From Bdellovibrionota bacterium (lineage in GTDB: Bacteria; Bdellovibrionota; UBA1018; UBA923): 32,458 bases of DNA. The stretch lies in assembly GCA_040754655.1 (NCBI GenBank), contig JBFMCE010000043.1, positions 1 to 32,458 on the forward strand, read 5' to 3'. The notes below the pieces were generated by a model, which was given only the letters and a program-made list of their open reading frames with translations, had not been told where the DNA came from and did no database searches. Shown one piece after another: positions 17,167-25,558 of the stretch. Made by a program: the position numbers and the translations under genes. The first letter of the stretch is position 1. Every line of letters starts with the position of its first letter.

Positions 17167-18704
17167 GGCGTCATTACCAGATTCTCCTCACAGGCCTTTA
17201 GAGTGCTTTTCATTCGCAATTTGCGAGCGGACTTCGATTTTAATGAGGCTTTCCATTGAAGTAGGGCGCCCGCTCCTCCGATAGCCCAAAGCGAGACGTC
17301 AGCATAGGGGACCTGGTAATAAGCCGCAAAGGCGATGGCCATCGTGACCGCCGATACGACGGCTAGCTTGGCGCTCCTGATCTGATCAATTGTTTTGAAT
17401 TTTTTTATCACGGACTCGCTCAAACTTAAGCTCGCAAGGTCTTGTTGGTTCATCTGGCGATCGACGGCGATAGTTTTTGCAAGCAGTTCTGAAAGTTCTC
17501 TCTTGAACTCAGCTCTGTGATCAGATGCATAGTCTTGAACGACTTTCTTGCTTTGGGGCGAGACATTGAATTTTACTTTTTCAAACTGCCATTCCTTTTG
17601 AGAAAGCTTCTCGGCGAGCGCATCCATTGCTTTTTCGTCAGGGACTGGGATGAGCTTGCTTTCTTTTGCGACATCGGAGTTGATTCCCATTTTTTCAAGG
17701 AACTTGTACGTGCCTTCGCGCAAAACTTCGCTTGTGAAGTCGTGATAGAACTCGACTAATCCTGGATGAGGGCCCTTAATCCCTTGCTCCATTCGAAGGT
17801 TCGTATGATCTTCAACGATAGCCTTCTCAAAAGCTTCGTTCGCATCAAAGGCTATCTTGAAATCCCATCCTCCCTGAGCAATCAAGCCACCAAATGCAGT
17901 CGTTCCAATTCCAATCGCGACTTCGGCAAGACCGGGCGTGGCGATCGCAAATTGAGGAATGGCTTTACCCCAGAGCCACGAGGTGAGTTGAGCCGCGCCG
18001 AGATACACGATTTCGGTGGCATACCACCGACCCTGGCGTTCAATCCAACGGTCTGGCGCTGAGATCCACTGTTGATAAGCGGCTGCTTTATAATGAAGCA
18101 CCCCAGACATGAGTCCTGAGATGATGCCCTGTGGAAGTGCGGCTCCCGCAGGCAGGTGCGAAGATACAATGAGGCTCCAACTGATTGCTCCCGTATTGGC
18201 GATCGCACGCGAAATCGAGAATGTGATCAAATAATTTTGATCAAACCATTCTTTGAACCGCTGTTTTAAGTTTTTTACCGTCTCAGTCGGAAGAGTTTCA
18301 ATTTTGACCTGTGAATCGAGGTCTGAGGGTAAGATTTCTTTGGTAAGCCAAGCCAGTTCTTCAGAGCTGAAACGGCCTGCACTCGGCGCTTCTTCGGCGC
18401 CTAAGACTGTTGCATTGACAATGAGCTTGAGATTGTCTTTTCGAGCTTTTTCAAGGTCAGCGCGGACCCATGCTTTAGCTTGCTCAATTTGATCTGAAGC
18501 AGGCGAGATCGCCGCCGATTCGACAAACACGCCACCTGGGAAAGTCTCTGTTTTAAGTTCAATGAGAGTGAGGGCTTGTTCTTGCTCTGTTTTTGCCTGA
18601 GAAGACTCAAGAGACCGACTTTTTTGCTGGTCGTTTGCACTGGTCCAGAGCGGAAGAACGGAGAGCATCCACAGCAGAAAAATTCCGCGTCGAAAAAAAT
18701 TCAT
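17163..18704 (-). CDS. Exported/membrane hypothetical protein
   Basis: GGAGG RBS before ATG 18704; signal peptide; several Gly/Ala-rich hydrophobic helices; ATGA overlap with the downstream gene. Confidence 0.8.
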   Translation of the reverse strand: MNFFRRGIFLLWMLSVLPLWTSANDQQKSRSLESSQAKTEQEQALTLIELKTETFPGGVFVESAAISPASDQIEQAKAWVRADLEKARKDNLKLIVNATVLGAEEAPSAGRFSSEELAWLTKEILPSDLDSQVKIETLPTETVKNLKQRFKEWFDQNYLITFSISRAIANTGAISWSLIVSSHLPAGAALPQGIISGLMSGVLHYKAAAYQQWISAPDRWIERQGRWYATEIVYLGAAQLTSWLWGKAIPQFAIATPGLAEVAIGIGTTAFGGLIAQGGWDFKIAFDANEAFEKAIVEDHTNLRMEQGIKGPHPGLVEFYHDFTSEVLREGTYKFLEKMGINSDVAKESKLIPVPDEKAMDALAEKLSQKEWQFEKVKFNVSPQSKKVVQDYASDHRAEFKRELSELLAKTIAVDRQMNQQDLASLSLSESVIKKFKTIDQIRSAKLAVVSAVTMAIAFAAYYQVPYADVSLWAIGGAGALLQWKASLKSKSARKLRMKSTLKACEENLVMTP

Positions 18705-18790
18705 TTTCCTCCAACCCCGACCCACCGGTCTAAATATCAGCAAAAAGCGTACCTTGCCGTCTGTTCGTTAATAATAATAATAGCCAATAC

Positions 18791-18803
18791 TTTCAATTAC
18801 TTG
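18791..18803. promoter_or_regulatory. IHF-like binding site
   Basis: TTTCAATTACTTG, one mismatch to WATCAANNNNTTR, next to an AT tract in a divergent intergenic region. Confidence 0.35.
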
Positions 18804-18842
18804 AGTTGGTGTTTATCGATTTGAATCGCTCGGATTTTAGAA

Positions 18843-18879
18843 GGAATCATGAAAGTTTTTCACGATTCCTCGTGAAAAA
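18843..18879. promoter_or_regulatory. Overlapping inverted repeats, candidate operator
   Basis: Perfect TTTTTCACGA-ttcc-TCGTGAAAAA (18856-18879), plus GGAATCATGAAA / TTTCACGATTCC. Confidence 0.5.
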
Positions 18880-19077
18880 AGGAAAGGATTACTCGGTTTG
18901 GATTTTTGATGCATCATATAAAATTTGCCAGCTACCAGAGTTCTCATTGTGGATCGCGTAATAGAGTACACAAAAGAAAGTGTTCAAAAATTGTTGCGAT
19001 CCTCTTGACCGTGACGTGGGTGAGGGTAGCCTATTTTGAGAGGTTTATCCTAACTCAAGCGCAAGGATGTGCATTTC

Positions 19078-20088
19078 ATGAGGTCGGGTAGAAAAAGAAT
19101 CACAGACAACGTTTCCGCACAGCCCCCACAAGTCCAGGAACACCATGTGCGACTGCCCGAGCAAGTCGCAAGTCTTCTAAAGGCGCAGCCTCTGCATGCA
19201 CAGAAGGTTACCGGTTTGGGGGTGTCTGTCGCGGTGATCGACTCGGGATTTTATCCCCATCCCTTTTATCAAGCATTGGGGTATCGAATTCGGCATATCC
19301 CGACTTCGCGAGAACCCGACCCGCACGTTGATGAATACGGCCATGGCACGGCTCAGCTTGCGAGCCTGTTCGCCGTTGCCCCGGAGGCCGAGGTTCTGGC
19401 GATTAAATGCATGGACCGTGATCCGTCGCACGCACTCGAAGTCGCCATCGATTTGAAACCACAGGTCATCAGTTGCGCTTGGGGATTCAATATTGATCAT
19501 CCTGATCAGAGAGGCCTTCCTTCGGAATTTCGGAAGCTCTACCGTTTGATCATGCGAGCGGTTGATCAAGGCATCACCGTTGTCGCCGCGGGGGGCAATG
19601 GCCAGTACTCTTTTCCGGCAAGCATTCCAGAGGTGATTGCTGCGGGCGGAGTGTACTACAGCCCTGATGGCAATTTTGATACTTCTGACGTTTCTTCAAA
19701 GTTCACGAGCAGCCTGTTTCCCGGGCGCCAAGTCCCCGATGTTTGCGGGCTTGTCGGAAGGCGTCCCCACGGACGATTGTTGCTCGTTCCTATACCGCCA
19801 AGAGCGAAGCTTGCCCGTAGAACATCGTTTGCTACCATCGCTGCGGGTGAGAGCGCAGATGTGAAAAAAGGTTGGGCCATTTTCAGCGGCACATCGGCCG
19901 CGACCGCGATGATCTCTGGAGCCTCGGCTTTGTTATACCAAGTTACGCCTGGCTTGTCCCCAGCGCAGATCAAGCGGGTACTCGTCGAGAGTGCCCGCTT
20001 GATAACCCCGACTCGAGAACGGTTGCTTGATGCTGAAGCGGCGTTGCGGATGGCTCAACGTCTGCAAGCTTTTGAACAGAGTAATTAA
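19078..20088 (+). CDS. S8 family serine peptidase without signal peptide
   Basis: VIDSG, YGHGT, AAGGNG, SGTSAAT. Start may be GTG 19069. Confidence 0.88.
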   Translation: MRSGRKRITDNVSAQPPQVQEHHVRLPEQVASLLKAQPLHAQKVTGLGVSVAVIDSGFYPHPFYQALGYRIRHIPTSREPDPHVDEYGHGTAQLASLFAVAPEAEVLAIKCMDRDPSHALEVAIDLKPQVISCAWGFNIDHPDQRGLPSEFRKLYRLIMRAVDQGITVVAAGGNGQYSFPASIPEVIAAGGVYYSPDGNFDTSDVSSKFTSSLFPGRQVPDVCGLVGRRPHGRLLLVPIPPRAKLARRTSFATIAAGESADVKKGWAIFSGTSAATAMISGASALLYQVTPGLSPAQIKRVLVESARLITPTRERLLDAEAALRMAQRLQAFEQSN

Positions 20089-20720
20089 GAAGTAGGTCCT
20101 AACTTCGGCCGAGCCAACTCAAAAATATCGTTGACCCTGCAATAGCTTGTCCCGCCAAGCCTTGCGATGGGTTTGAGTTCTTCGATCTTGATCTTTCCGT
20201 CCTCATAAACTTGCTCGGAATAATGGGCGTAAACAACTTTTCCAAGGACGATATGTCCGCTTCCGGATCCGCCCGGCCCCACTGCAACGACGTCAAGAAG
20301 TTCACATTCAAAACTAGCCGGTGATTCTCCAACTCGCGGCGCTTTTATCTTGCGACTGGGTGCCGCAGTCAATCCTGCTTCCTTGAACTCATTGACTTCA
20401 GGCGGGTAGTTTGCAGCAGTTTGGTTCATCTCTCGCGCCAACGCTTCGTTCGCCAAATTGACGGTGAAACAACGGGTTTCGCGAATGTTCCTCAAAGTGT
20501 CTTTTTCTTTCCCGTCAGGGTGATTCGCAGGACAAAAAAGCAAAGAGGGCGGATTGCTGCAGACCGCGGTAAAAAAGCTGAAAGGAGCCAGGTTCACGGA
20601 CCCTGACTTGCCGATGCTGCCGACCCAGGCTATTGGTCTGGGCACTACCGTCCCGATCAAGAGTTTATAGGCATCGAGCATTTGTATTTTTGAGACGTCA
20701 ACTTCGATCATTTTGTTCAT
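20085..20720 (-). CDS. Flavin reductase-like FMN-binding protein
   Basis: VVPRPIAWV, NLAPFSFF, KDTLRNI..F.VN, ESPASFECEL, ARLGG..Y. Confidence 0.93.
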   Translation of the reverse strand: MNKMIEVDVSKIQMLDAYKLLIGTVVPRPIAWVGSIGKSGSVNLAPFSFFTAVCSNPPSLLFCPANHPDGKEKDTLRNIRETRCFTVNLANEALAREMNQTAANYPPEVNEFKEAGLTAAPSRKIKAPRVGESPASFECELLDVVAVGPGGSGSGHIVLGKVVYAHYSEQVYEDGKIKIEELKPIARLGGTSYCRVNDIFELARPKLGPTS

Positions 20721-20836
20721 AGATTATCTCGCCGCACTCTAGTAAGTAGAGTTTGTTTCAGACAAGGCTTACATTCCGCGACGTGAGTGCGCAAGGCCGC
20801 AACGCGTGACGCCACTTGGCAAATGAGGGAGAAAAA

Positions 20837-21775
20837 ATGCGTTTTATATCTTTCGTTCATGACGGACATCCAAGGTTCGGCTGTTTGATCGACGATCAGC
20901 AAGTGCTCGAATTGCATACGCCGTCGATACTTGATTTTTTAACAGACGTTGACGCGAACCTGCTTGAAGCAAAGCGTCTTGTTGATGAATGCAATCCTTC
21001 TCGGGTTCTTCGCTTGAGGGATGTGACGCTGCAAGCTCCCATCCCACGCCCTCCGTCGATGCGAGATGGCTATGCTTTTCGTCAACACGTTGCCACCGCT
21101 CGTCGAAATCGCGGGCTTGAAATGATCCCTGAGTTTGATCAATTCCCGGTTTTTTATTTTACGAATCATCAAGCGGTTACCGGACCAGGCGAGGTGACCG
21201 TTCAGAAGCGGCACTTGGATAAGCTGGATTTTGAACTTGAAGTCGCGATCGTCATCGGGCGCGAAGGCAGGAATATTCCGCTCAGCCAGGCCGATGAATA
21301 CATCTTGGGTTACACTATCATGAACGATTGGTCCGCAAGGGCTTTGCAAATGGAAGAGATGAAACTCAACCTCGGGCCTGCAAAGGGAAAAGATTTTGCG
21401 ACATCGATCGGCCCTTTCCTGATCACGAGAGATGAGCTCAAGAAGATGGGGCGTTTGAAGGCCACGCCGAAAGGTGAGGTTCTTGAGGCGGGCATGAAAG
21501 CCTTCATCAATGGAAAGCAGTATTCAGAAGGCAACGTGAATCAGATGGATTGGACTTTCGCTCAGATAATTGAACGTGCGAGTTATGGAGTGACTCTTTA
21601 CCCGGGGGACGTGATTGGCTCGGGGACTGTCGGTACCGGATGCTTGCTCGAACTGAACGGCTCAAAAATCACTGATAATCTTTGGTTGAAGGCGGGTGAT
21701 CAAGTGGTTCTCGAAGTGGATGGCCTGGGACGCCTGGAGAATGAGGTTGTCTTAGCGGAAGAGGGGCAGCGATGA
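20837..21775 (+). CDS. Fumarylacetoacetate hydrolase family protein
   Basis: RDGYAF.QHV, PVFYFTN, LDFELEVA, IMNDWSAR, AKGKDFATS.GP, GDVIGSGT; overlaps maiA. Confidence 0.93.
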   Translation: MRFISFVHDGHPRFGCLIDDQQVLELHTPSILDFLTDVDANLLEAKRLVDECNPSRVLRLRDVTLQAPIPRPPSMRDGYAFRQHVATARRNRGLEMIPEFDQFPVFYFTNHQAVTGPGEVTVQKRHLDKLDFELEVAIVIGREGRNIPLSQADEYILGYTIMNDWSARALQMEEMKLNLGPAKGKDFATSIGPFLITRDELKKMGRLKATPKGEVLEAGMKAFINGKQYSEGNVNQMDWTFAQIIERASYGVTLYPGDVIGSGTVGTGCLLELNGSKITDNLWLKAGDQVVLEVDGLGRLENEVVLAEEGQR

Positions 21776-22413
21776 GGGCGGATTTTGGCGCAAAGGAATT
21801 GGTGCTTTACCATTACTGGAGATCGAGTTCGTCTTGGCGCGTGCGCTGGGCGCTCGAATGCAAGAAATTAAAACCCCAATTTGTGCACGTTGATCTCTTG
21901 AGCGGTGAAGTGGATCGTGAACCTCATCTTTCGCGCAATCCGATGGGTCAAGTCCCGGTGCTTAAAGTGGATGGAAGGCACCTGGTCGAATCTGTCGCCA
22001 TCGTAGAGTGGTTGGAAGAGGTGGTTCCAGAGCCGTTGCTTTATAAGGGAGACGCTTTTTCAAGGGCACATATACGGGCTCTGTGCGAGTTGATCAATGC
22101 AGGCACCCAGCCCATTCAAAACTTGAACGTGATGGATCGTTACTCGGAAGATCCTGGAAAACGCAAAGAGTGGAGCCAGTTTTTCATTCGTCGTGGATTG
22201 AATGCGTTTCAAAGGCTCGCAACCACGCGCGCAGGAACATTCTCGGTCGGAGACAGCATCACCGCTGCCGATCTTTTCTTGGTGCCGCAATGTTATAATG
22301 CGCTTCGATTCGAAATCGATCTTTCAGAGTTTCCGCTCATCCGTCGCATTTACGAGAATGCTTCTGCGACCACCGAAGCGAAGCTATCTGCCCCGGACAA
22401 CTATAAACTTTAA
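21772..22413 (+). CDS. maiA: Maleylacetoacetate isomerase (GST zeta class)
   Basis: YWRSSSSWRVR, NPMGQVP, ESVAI, GTQPIQNL, ADLFLVPQ.YNA.RF. Confidence 0.92.
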   Translation: MRADFGAKELVLYHYWRSSSSWRVRWALECKKLKPQFVHVDLLSGEVDREPHLSRNPMGQVPVLKVDGRHLVESVAIVEWLEEVVPEPLLYKGDAFSRAHIRALCELINAGTQPIQNLNVMDRYSEDPGKRKEWSQFFIRRGLNAFQRLATTRAGTFSVGDSITAADLFLVPQCYNALRFEIDLSEFPLIRRIYENASATTEAKLSAPDNYKL

Positions 22414-22417
22414 AGCT

Positions 22418-24100
22418 CTAATTCAATGAGGTTGAAGGGGTCACTCGCATGGAGTCGCTTACTTTAAGGTAGGGCGTAACAGCCTTCCATTTCAAAGGAG
22501 GCGCCACGTAAGGCAGGCCGGCATTCGTTTTCGCAGTCTTGGTTCTTCGTTCGAAATCCCCGTCGTTATAGACGAGATAATAAACTGGTTTGTCCAAGGC
22601 TTTGCTTAGGAATTGAGTCCCTTCCCTGCAAAATCGGGCTTCAAGCAAGTATTCGCGGTCGGCTAAGCGTGAACACAACCTTTCCTCGCAACACACCACG
22701 GCGCCTGGGTCTTTCGTTAGAAAATGGATGGCTTCGCGTTCGGCCAAGCGCGAACGGAAGAGCTGATACGATTCTTTCAGGCTTCTAAACGGGCTTTGAT
22801 GGCTCCAACAAAGGGAGAACAAGCAACCAAAAGACAAAATCCAGTGTGCGCGCGCGATTTGCCCGTGGCCTGAACGAAGGGCCTCAGCGAAAACCCCAAA
22901 AACCACCATCGCCAGTACGCCGACTGCCAAGGGCAAGGCATAATGATCTTTTAAAAGCTGCATTGGGCCTTCAACGGCTAGGATATTCGCTAAGAACAAT
23001 GGCAAAACCGGAATGAAGTACTTGAACGTCGACCAACGCCTTGAGTACCACACGAGGCCCGCGGTCAGAAAATAGAAGACGTAGTAATGAGTGTTCGGCC
23101 GATTCAAAGTTTGAAAAAGTACCATCGGACGAAAAAAGATGGTTTTAAGCGCTTCCAATGGAGTTGCGCCTAAGTGTCCGAAGCGGTCTGAAAAGCGAAT
23201 GACCTTCGCCGAATGGGCAGCGAAGTCAGAATACGAGTATGCGCCTACGATCACGATCACGATCGCGCAAAGAACAGGTAGGGCATTTTCTTTCCATTTT
23301 CTTTTGCGCGCCTTGAAAAGACATTCCGTCAATACAAGCAGGCCAAAACTAGCTGAAATGATGCCAAACTCTTCTTTTTCGAACGCAAAAAGAGCTAGGC
23401 TCACGGTCCAAAGCGTCCAGTTCTTGCGATAATAGAACAAGTAGGCCAAAGCCAAACAAGTCAAACCGGCGATGTGAAAAGTATAGGGCCATAAGACTTG
23501 AGCAAGCACCGTAGGAATGGCAAGCCAGCCGCTAAAGGCCAAAATCTCCCCGAGGGGCTGTGGTCTGAGTCGTTCCGAGCGCATCACCGAACGATACCAA
23601 AGAACGGCGACGACTCCCGGAAAGACAAGAAAGAATCCTTGCCAGAAAAGGCCTACGTAGGCGTGCTCAAAAAGTTGGTATAAGAATCCCAAGACAGGCA
23701 GGGAAAGCGTTCGGTGCACTTGAGAGTAATTCGCGATTGGGTTTGTGCCGTTGGTCGCGAAGGTGAAGTGACCCGCACCCTGAGTCGCTTGATAGAAGAT
23801 GGCTTGGATGTATTGGGCAAGATCCCACATCGTCCCGTTGAGAGCTTCGAAGTCGAATACGATCGCCCCAATGACTGCGCTGATCGCCACGCCGATGTAC
23901 GCGTAAACCCACTTGCGTGAAATGGCCGACTTTAATTTCAAGTAAATCGATTCTTGAAGGGCCCTCGAAGAGCGAAAGTCCAGGAACAACGCGAAGGCCG
24001 AGACGAGCAGCGTCGCTCGAAAGAGGTGGTGTGTTTTTCCTCCGGCTAACCAGACAAGAAACGTGGCGCTCCAAAGCACATAGAGGATGTTTTTAGTCAT
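22418..24100 (-). CDS. Polytopic membrane protein, DUF2079-like / GT-C glycosyltransferase
   Basis: About 12 TM segments; WDLAQYIQA, VH, FH, KEE, RF.HLG, HYALP motifs; ATGA overlap with the GT2 stop. Confidence 0.72.
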   Translation of the reverse strand: MTKNILYVLWSATFLVWLAGGKTHHLFRATLLVSAFALFLDFRSSRALQESIYLKLKSAISRKWVYAYIGVAISAVIGAIVFDFEALNGTMWDLAQYIQAIFYQATQGAGHFTFATNGTNPIANYSQVHRTLSLPVLGFLYQLFEHAYVGLFWQGFFLVFPGVVAVLWYRSVMRSERLRPQPLGEILAFSGWLAIPTVLAQVLWPYTFHIAGLTCLALAYLFYYRKNWTLWTVSLALFAFEKEEFGIISASFGLLVLTECLFKARKRKWKENALPVLCAIVIVIVGAYSYSDFAAHSAKVIRFSDRFGHLGATPLEALKTIFFRPMVLFQTLNRPNTHYYVFYFLTAGLVWYSRRWSTFKYFIPVLPLFLANILAVEGPMQLLKDHYALPLAVGVLAMVVFGVFAEALRSGHGQIARAHWILSFGCLFSLCWSHQSPFRSLKESYQLFRSRLAEREAIHFLTKDPGAVVCCEERLCSRLADREYLLEARFCREGTQFLSKALDKPVYYLVYNDGDFERRTKTAKTNAGLPYVAPPLKWKAVTPYLKVSDSMRVTPSTSLN

Positions 24101-24828
24101 AGCGGTGATTTCAAGCGCAATTTCACGACCTGCCATGCCATGGACAAGCCATCGCGTACCGGATTCACACGGCTGTTCAGTACGTTCGACCAGCGCACGG
24201 GCACTTCGACGATAGGAACCTTCAGACGTTTGGCACGATAGAGGATTTCAATGTCAAAACCAAACCGCTTTTCCATTAGGGGGCGGAAGAGGCGTTTTGC
24301 GAGATCAGTGCGGAAAAGCTTGAAGCCGCACTGGGTGTCCCACACGCCTGGCAAGAGCCAGAATTGAATCCAAAGGTTGAAAAGTTTCGCCGCGTACTCG
24401 CGAAGCCAAAACTGTTTTACCACGATTTCAGCGCCTTTGAGATCACGAGAACCAATCACAAGAGGCGTCTGGTCTGAAAGATGTTGGTAAAGACGTCCCA
24501 GCATTTCAAGGTCGGTCGAACAGTCGGCATCCATGAAGCACAAGTTCTTCTTTTGCGCCTCAAGAACGCCCTTTCGTATCGCGGCGCCTTTGCCTTGATT
24601 GACATCAAGCTTGATAAGGCGGGCTTCTGGCCAGTCGCCGATTTTTTCTTCAACGGTCTTAGTCGTCGCATCGGTCGATCCGTCGTCGACGACCAGCAGT
24701 TCATAATCTCGAACCTTTAGCGCGAGGAACTGGCGGAGGCGGATCAAAGTCGAGCCAACCCGATCTTGCTCGTTGTATGCAGGTATTACGATTGACACAT
24801 CACTGGCTAAGATTTGGTCGGCAGTCAT
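24097..24828 (-). CDS. GT2 polyprenol-phosphate glycosyltransferase (DPG/DPM synthase-like)
   Basis: SIVIPAYNE, VDDGSTD, NQGKGAA, MDAD, IGSR, DTQCGFKLF, FGFDIEIL. Confidence 0.93.
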   Translation of the reverse strand: MTADQILASDVSIVIPAYNEQDRVGSTLIRLRQFLALKVRDYELLVVDDGSTDATTKTVEEKIGDWPEARLIKLDVNQGKGAAIRKGVLEAQKKNLCFMDADCSTDLEMLGRLYQHLSDQTPLVIGSRDLKGAEIVVKQFWLREYAAKLFNLWIQFWLLPGVWDTQCGFKLFRTDLAKRLFRPLMEKRFGFDIEILYRAKRLKVPIVEVPVRWSNVLNSRVNPVRDGLSMAWQVVKLRLKSPL

Positions 24829-24834
24829 TTCAAG

Positions 24835-25278
24835 TTATTTTCTTTCACGATCAATCATGATGTCGACTCCGCCGGTTCCGGGCCGCGCGGGGTTTTTGCC
24901 ATAGACGCCTTCAAGATCTCCGACCGCCGGCATAGCGTTTCCGGTACGCGAGATGCGCGCCGCAACGGTGACAGGGGTTTTGTCATCAAATCCCCCTTGC
25001 GAGGGCATCATCGCATCTTCCGGACCGACGACATAATTCAGGGGAAACTGTGGGCGCTCAATGCGTTTTACGGCCGTGGGCGGCCCCATCTGCTGCTGGC
25101 GGACGATGATATACAAGACATCGGTGGGTTTTAACGTGGCCGCAAGTTCTTGTGAGATCGTGACCACGCCTGAAATCTTGCCAGCTACCGGTTCAGTCGA
25201 CTTTTTGGTGCAACCCAGGAGGGTCGCAGCCAAAAGACCGATGAATACGATTTGGATGCGAAAAATGATCTTATGCAT
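24835..25278 (-). CDS. Lipoprotein with CcmI/CycH C-terminal Ig-like domain
   Basis: Lipobox LLGC; DVLYII.R..GPP.AVKR..FP..AMMP..ARISRTGNA..GDLEG. Confidence 0.8.
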   Translation of the reverse strand: MHKIIFRIQIVFIGLLAATLLGCTKKSTEPVAGKISGVVTISQELAATLKPTDVLYIIVRQQQMGPPTAVKRIERPQFPLNYVVGPEDAMMPSQGGFDDKTPVTVAARISRTGNAMPAVGDLEGVYGKNPARPGTGGVDIMIDRERK

Positions 25279-25375
25279 AGGCTTTCTATCTAATACGAGC
25301 CGTAACGTGCTGGCAAAATCAAAATAAAGTAACCCGCTTTAAAACAATATACCTTCATCACCAGGCTCTTCCTTG

Positions 25376-25558
25376 TTAGGGGTCTGAACAGTCGCTCGTG
25401 GCACCACACTTCGGACAAAAAAGACGGCAATGGACTTCGCGCCAGAGAGTTCCGCAAACATCACAGGCACGAGACGGGGCTACGCCCGAAGCTGGCTTTT
25501 TTTCATGAAGCTTCTTTTTTTCCTTCTTCTTGGAAGGTTTAGTGGCGGTGCGCGGCAT
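25376..25558 (-). CDS. Small CPxCG-type zinc-ribbon protein
   Basis: Lys-rich N-terminus, then CDVCG..HCRLFCPKCG..DCSDP. Confidence 0.7.
   Translation of the reverse strand: MPRTATKPSKKKEKKKLHEKKPASGVAPSRACDVCGTLWREVHCRLFCPKCGATSDCSDP

Noticed and set aside
18906..19091. 61-aa ORF upstream of the second S8 as a frameshifted N-terminus or leader peptide
   Set aside because: TTG start without RBS, no signal or propeptide features; lies in an AT-rich promoter-like region.
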